From positions 7,057,534 through 7,121,533 of the forward strand of contig NC_083409.1 in assembly GCF_020745735.1 (NCBI RefSeq): a DNA stretch of 64,000 nt, written 5' to 3'. Source of the DNA: Hemiscyllium ocellatum (lineage: Eukaryota). The notes beneath the pieces were generated by a model that searched no databases, had not been told where the DNA came from, and was given only the letters and a program-made list of their open reading frames with translations. Positions 58,831 to 64,000 of this stretch are shown in pieces (the stretch's first letter is position 1; every line of letters begins with the position of its first letter). A program made the position numbers and the translations under genes.

Positions 58831-60460
58831 GTGTCACTTCTTTCATGTGTAAATCACAAAACCCTTTTTTTAAAATTTGCATTCTCAGGTTAGCTGTTAA
58901 CAATGGTGATAGCTATACAACATGTTGAAGGTGATGGGCCATCACCACTAATCCAGAATTTGGTTTCCAGCATCTTCAGTCATTGTTTTTACCTCGTTGA
59001 TTTTAACCCTACTGCGAATCCTCTTGCAAGGATGCCTGCCTTAAAGAATTGTTCCTCCTCTCTCTACAAGAATCTCAGGGAGTCCCTCTCCCACTGCAAC
59101 TGCCAGGTCATTTCCTCTGCCCTGAACCTCTTACTTCAACAGTTACCTCACTCCCCCTTCCCCCACCTCACCCTAGTTCCAAACTTCCAGCTCAGCACTG
59201 CCCCATGACTTGTCCGGACTTGTTCTATCTGCTTATCTTCTTTTCCACCTATCCACTCCACCCTCTCCTCCCTGACCTATCACCTTCATCCCCTCCCCCA
59301 CTCACCCATTGTACTCTATGCTACTTTCTCCCCACCTCCACCCTCCTCGAGCTTATCTCTCCACGCTTCAGGCTCACTGCCTTTATTCCTGATTGAAAAT
59401 CACACGACACCAGGTTATAGTCCAACTGGTTTAATTAGAATCACACTAGCTTTCGGAGAAATGCTCCTTCATCAGGTGATTGTGGAGGTCTCGATCGTAA
59501 CACAGAATTTATCGCAAAAATTTGCAGTGTGATGTAACTGAATTTATACATTGAAAAATTGATTGTCTGTTCAGCCTTTCATCTGTTAGAATACAGTGAT
59601 AGTTTCACTTCTTTCATGCGTAAATTACAAAACCCTTCGTTTTAAAGTTGCACTCTCGAGTTAGCTGCTGACAATGGTGATAGCTAGACAATATGTCGAA
59701 GGTGTTGGCCCCCTGTGTTCTCTGTCTATTGCCTAACATTTAGATTGATTCTAATCTAATAAGTAAGATAAGTGTGTTTTACATAAATTCATGCAGTTTT
59801 TGAGCTCAGGGTTCGACATGAATAAATGCAGTTTTTGAGCAAAGTGTAATGTAACTCTGCAATAAAAATTCACCACACAAAAAATGGGTCTTTGTGGGTC
59901 AAAGAAGCCACACATATGTGTCAAAGTGCATGTGGGTCTTTGTCTGTCTGTGTGTGTGTCTGTCTGTCTGGGCTGGGGGTTGTGAGTGTGCGAAAGTGTG
60001 TTTGTGTGAGTGTGTTTTTGTGTATGTGTGTGTAGTGGGTGCAGAGTGTCTTAAGTCTGTGAGGGGGTGCATATGTGAGTGTGGGAGTGTGTGTGTCTAA
60101 AAGGGTGTGTGTGGTTTGCTGTGTGCGTGTCTGTGTGTACCTGTGTCCGTGTGTATGTGAGAGTGTGTGCGTGTAGGAATATCTGTGTATGGTGCAATTG
60201 TGGTCACCTGTAATGTGACATGAACCCAATGTCCCGGTTAAGGCCCTCCCAATGGGTACCGAACTTAGTTATCAACCTCTGATCAGCCGCTTCCTCTGCT
60301 GCCTATCCGAAAGTCCACCTTGAAGATTGGTCAACCAAAGTTCCGAGGTTGAACGTCCTGGACCACTGAAGTGTTCCCTAACTGGTAGGGAATCCTCCTG
60401 TCTGTTGATTGTTGTGCGGTGCCCATTCATCCAGACAACCACACACACACTCCCACACTC
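58740..60460 (-). mobile_element. Second Penelope-like family: GIY-YIG C-terminus (60200-60460), TG-rich 3' region and pLTR, partial duplicate at 58740-58960; a plus-strand PLE-derived fragment sits at 58980-59395
   Basis: ORF 60272(-) INRQEDSLPVREHFSGPG...LQGGLSDRQQRK; 58745-58940 repeats 59515-59710. Confidence 0.7.
59441..59480 (-). ncRNA. Minimal hammerhead ribozyme motif, second PLE family (AGCU helix III, UA cleavage triplet)
   Basis: Minus strand CAC-CTGATGA-A-GGAG-CATTT-CTCC-GAAA-GC-TA-GTG. Confidence 0.6.
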
Positions 60461-60659
60461 ACACATGCAACCCCTCACAGACTCATTGGTGTTTAGCCAG
60501 TCCTGATGAAAGAGAAAATCCCAAGTCATACACTGGTTAGATGGATAGTTCATACCCAGTGTGAACGCTTTGATTTGAACTGATGTTGTAATCATTTCCA
60601 TAACAGTAACGCAATGTGATTAACACGTCAAACTCAATACCAGCATTTTGAAATAAGCA

Positions 60660-61660
60660 GAATTGAGTAACAAACAACCCAGAGCAGATATGCTGCTTTT
60701 CGTCATTTATAAAAATGTTTTGGACGTGAATACAGAGGGAATGGTTAGTAAATTAACAGTTGACACCAAAATAGGTGATATAATGGACAATAAAGGGATA
60801 TCTCAGCGTAAAGTGATTAGCACATTGATTAGATGGGACAGTGGGCTAAGAAGCAGCAGATGGAGTTTTGACCAATGTGATGTAAGGCATTTTGTTCAGG
60901 CAAAGCTGTGCAGGAGCTCCAGAGTTAACGGTAGGGCACTGCAGAGTGTTGACCAAGAAAACTAAGAATGTCGTTGTATAGTTCGTTTAAAGTGGAGTCT
61001 CAGGTAGATAGGTTTGTGAAGAAGGCAGTTGGCATACTTGCCTTTATTGGTTGTTGCGCTGAATATACGAGTTGGGATATCCTATTTCATCTGTACATGA
61101 CACTGGCTAAGCCACTTTAGGAATACATTATAAAATTTTGGTCACCCTGCTATGGGAATGATGCTGCTAAACTTGGAAGTGTGTAGATAAGATTTACAAA
61201 GATGTTGGCAAACCTAGGGGGTTTGAGATATGGGGAGAGGCCGAAGAGGCTGGGGCTTTTTTCTTACCTGGAGGAACGGAAGCTGAGGGGGTGATCTTAT
61301 GGTGGTTCATGAAATCAGGAGGAGCGTAGATGAGTTGAATGGCCTCAGGCTTTTCCCCAGGGGAGGGGGGGGGTCTAAAAGTAGAGGTTTAAGTTGAGAG
61401 GGAAAAGTTTTAACAGGAATTCGAATTGCAACATTTTCATGCAGAGGACGTTGTACATATGGAACAAGCTGACAGAGATCGTGTTTGAATCAGGTGCAAT
61501 TTCAACATTTAAAAGTCATCTAAATGGATATATGAATAAGAATTGTTCAGAAGGATGTGGGCCTAACATAGGCATGTGAGGCTACATCAGTTAACGATAT
61601 CTGAGCAGGGCAAGTGAGCTGGACTGAAGAGTCTGTTTCAATGCTGTATGATTCATTCAC
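60660..61660 (+). mobile_element. CR1 RT to 3' end
   Basis: ORF 60663 LLFVIYKNVLDVN...SKLTVDTKIG. Confidence 0.8.
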
Positions 61661-61689
61661 TGGTGTAAGTAAGAGTAAAATCTTTGGAC

Positions 61690-62145
61690 TGTGGTCTTTG
61701 TGAATTTACTGGTGTTTAAACAGGATTGGTGACCAAGCAAATCCCTTCCCATACACAGAGCAAGTGAATATTTTGTCCCCAACGTGAACTCACTGATACA
61801 TAGCACATTTCATGATACATGAAAGCCTTTTTTGCAGTCAGAGCCGGGTCATGGTTTCCACCCGCCATGTATTTGCTGGCGTATTAGGAAGATGGATGAC
61901 GGAGTGAATTCCTTCCCACACAGAGAGCAGTTGAATGATTTCCGCCTGGTGTTATGTTAGTGGTGTGCCAGCAGGTTTGATGAATCAGTAAAGCCTGTTT
62001 CCACACACAGAGTAGGTGAATGGCCTATCCTCAGTGTGAACTCACTGTCATACCAGAAAGTACAATGACTGAGCGAATACCTTCATAAAATCAGGGCAGT
62101 GAATGGCTTCTCTCCAGTGTGAATTCTCTGGTGACTCAGCAGTTT
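61690..62145 (-). pseudogene. Decayed C2H2 zinc-finger array (about 5 fingers)
   Basis: Minus strand LSKLLSHQRIHTGEKPFT...VHTEDRPFTYSVCG...FNCSLCGKEFT...; HTGEKP linkers at 28-aa period with stops and frameshifts. Confidence 0.8.
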
Positions 62146-62479
62146 GGATAACAATCTATAGGCTTCATGGATTTCATGTTAGTATATTACCACTAATGTG
62201 CTCTGATTTGGCAATCTGACACTTACATGCGATGTTATTCATGTATTCTGGAAATACAAACTCCCCGATCCATTGGTTTTCCTGTACTTAGTTTACCAGT
62301 TATATCCTCAAAAACTTTCAATAGTTTTGTCAATAGTGTTTCCCTTTCATAAACCAATGTTGACTGTGTGCAAACTTACTGATGCTTTGCAAATGTTTGT
62401 TTATCTCATCCTTCATAATAGACTCCAGCATCTCGTGATGAATGATGGACTCATCAGCTTTGAATCTAGGAGAAGTGTT

Positions 62480-64000
62480 AAGACATAGAACATTTCAGTG
62501 TAGTACAGTCCCTTCGACCCTCGACGTTGTGTCGACTTGTGAAAACAATCTGAAGCCCATCCAATGAACACAATTCCATGTTTATTCATATGACTATCCA
62601 ATAAACATTTAAATGCCGTTAAAGTTGGTGAGACTACTAAAGTTGCAGGCAGTGCATTCCACGCCTCTCATACACTGTGAGTAAAGAAGCTACCTCTGTC
62701 ATCTGCCTACATCTATCATCCCTCAATTTATAGCTATGTCCTCTCGTGCTATCCATCACCATCCAATGAAAAAGGCTCTCACTGTCCACCCTATATAATA
62801 CTCTGATTACCTGATACGTCTGAACTAAGTCACCTCTCAACCTTCTTCTCTCCAATGAAAACAGCTTCAAGTCCCTCCGCCGTTTCCCATACGATATTCC
62901 GTCTATACCAAACAACAGCCTAGTAAATCTCATCTGAACCTTTTCCAAAGCTTCCACATCCTTCCTGTATTGGCTGACTAGAACTGCATGCAATACTTCA
63001 AGAGCAGCCATCCCTGAGTTTTGTACACCTGCAGCATAAACTCGTGACTCTGAAACTCAACCCCTCTACCAATAAAAGCCAACACACTGTATGGCATCTT
63101 AACAACCCTTTCAACCTGAGTGTCAACTTTCAGGGATCGTTGTACGTGGATAATGAGATCCCTCTGCTCGCCTACACTACCAAGAATCTTATCATTAGCC
63201 CAATACTCTGCATTCCTGTTCCTCCTTACGAAGTAAATCACTTCACATTTTTTTGCATTAAACTCCATTTGCCACCTCTCAGCCCAGCTCTGCAGCTTAG
63301 CTATGCCCCTCTGTAACCTACAACACCCTTCGGCACTGATCACTAGTCCACTGATCTTAGTGTCATCCACAAATTTACTAACTCATCCTTCTCCGCCCTC
63401 AGCCAGGTCGTTTATTAAAAACAACAAACAGCAGTGGGCCCAAAACACATCCTTGCGGTACGCCACTAGTACCTAAACTCCAGGATGAACAATTCCAAGC
63501 AATGCCCATCCTCTGTTTTCTTTCATCTAGCCAACTTCTGATCCAAACCACTAAATCACCATCAATCCTATCCCTCTGTACTTTGTGCCTACCGTGGTGA
63601 ACCTTACCAAATGCTTTGCTGAAAATCATGTATACAACATCAACTGATTTACCCTCATCCACCTGTTCGGTCACATTCTCAAAATATTCAATAAGGTATG
63701 TGAGGCATGACCTACCCTTCATAAAACAGTGTTGTCTATCCCTTATCAGCTTATTCGTTTCTCAATGATTATGAATCCTATCTCTTATAACCTTTTGCAA
63801 CACTTGATCAACAACAGAACTAAGGCTCATTGATTTATAATTAACAGGGTGTTCTCTACTCCCCTTTTGATCAAGGTAGATAGCATTGGTTATCCTCCAG
63901 TCTTCTGGCACTATTCCTGTAGACAATAGCGCCATAAATATCAAAGCCAAAGGCTCTGCAACCTCCTCCTTGGCTTTCCAGTGAATCTTAGGGAAAATCC
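62480..64000 (-). mobile_element. CR1 RT to 3' end (runs off the window)
   Basis: Minus ORFs 63762, 63399 (VDVVYMIFSKAFGK...GVPQGCVLGP), 62978 and 62637. Confidence 0.9.

Overview
Eukaryotic, repeat-rich shark genomic DNA, probably from an orectolobiform (carpet) shark; this is inferred from the NS4-like leader MISHIQLIWPLAFCVAG, J FGKGxKLRLS, and HE1/Deu SINEs plus CR1 content. The core is two divergently oriented immunoglobulin kappa (NS4/type IV) light-chain cluster heads. (1) Minus strand 11053-11616: a germline-JOINED VJ gene that keeps its promoter, leader intron and J-C intron, has an in-frame CDR3 TQGYSNPFT and no RSS, and is now a pseudogene. (2) Plus strand 42523-43566: an unrearranged 'split' V-12RSS...23RSS-J unit with essentially canonical RSSs but a triply inactivated V. 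The two lie in an old, TE-invaded inverted duplication centred near 27 kb. That duplication also preserves a non-repeat block ~9 kb upstream of each V carrying a perfect Ets-IRF composite element (GGAAGTGAAA) plus an E-box, and a J-proximal intron block with shared E-box/octamer-like/RUNX motifs. No C-kappa exon was recognised. The rest is CR1/L2 LINE debris, SINEs, a Gypsy remnant, a decayed C2H2 zinc-finger array, several minisatellites (one built on the RSS heptamer CACAGTG), a permuted inverted duplication at 48-59 kb, and Penelope-like elements of three families carrying minimal hammerhead ribozyme motifs. One Penelope copy has an ~806-codon stop-free RT+GIY-YIG frame, a 14-bp TSD and two telomeric repeats at its 5' junction. 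All alignments were done by eye, and TE boundaries are approximate.
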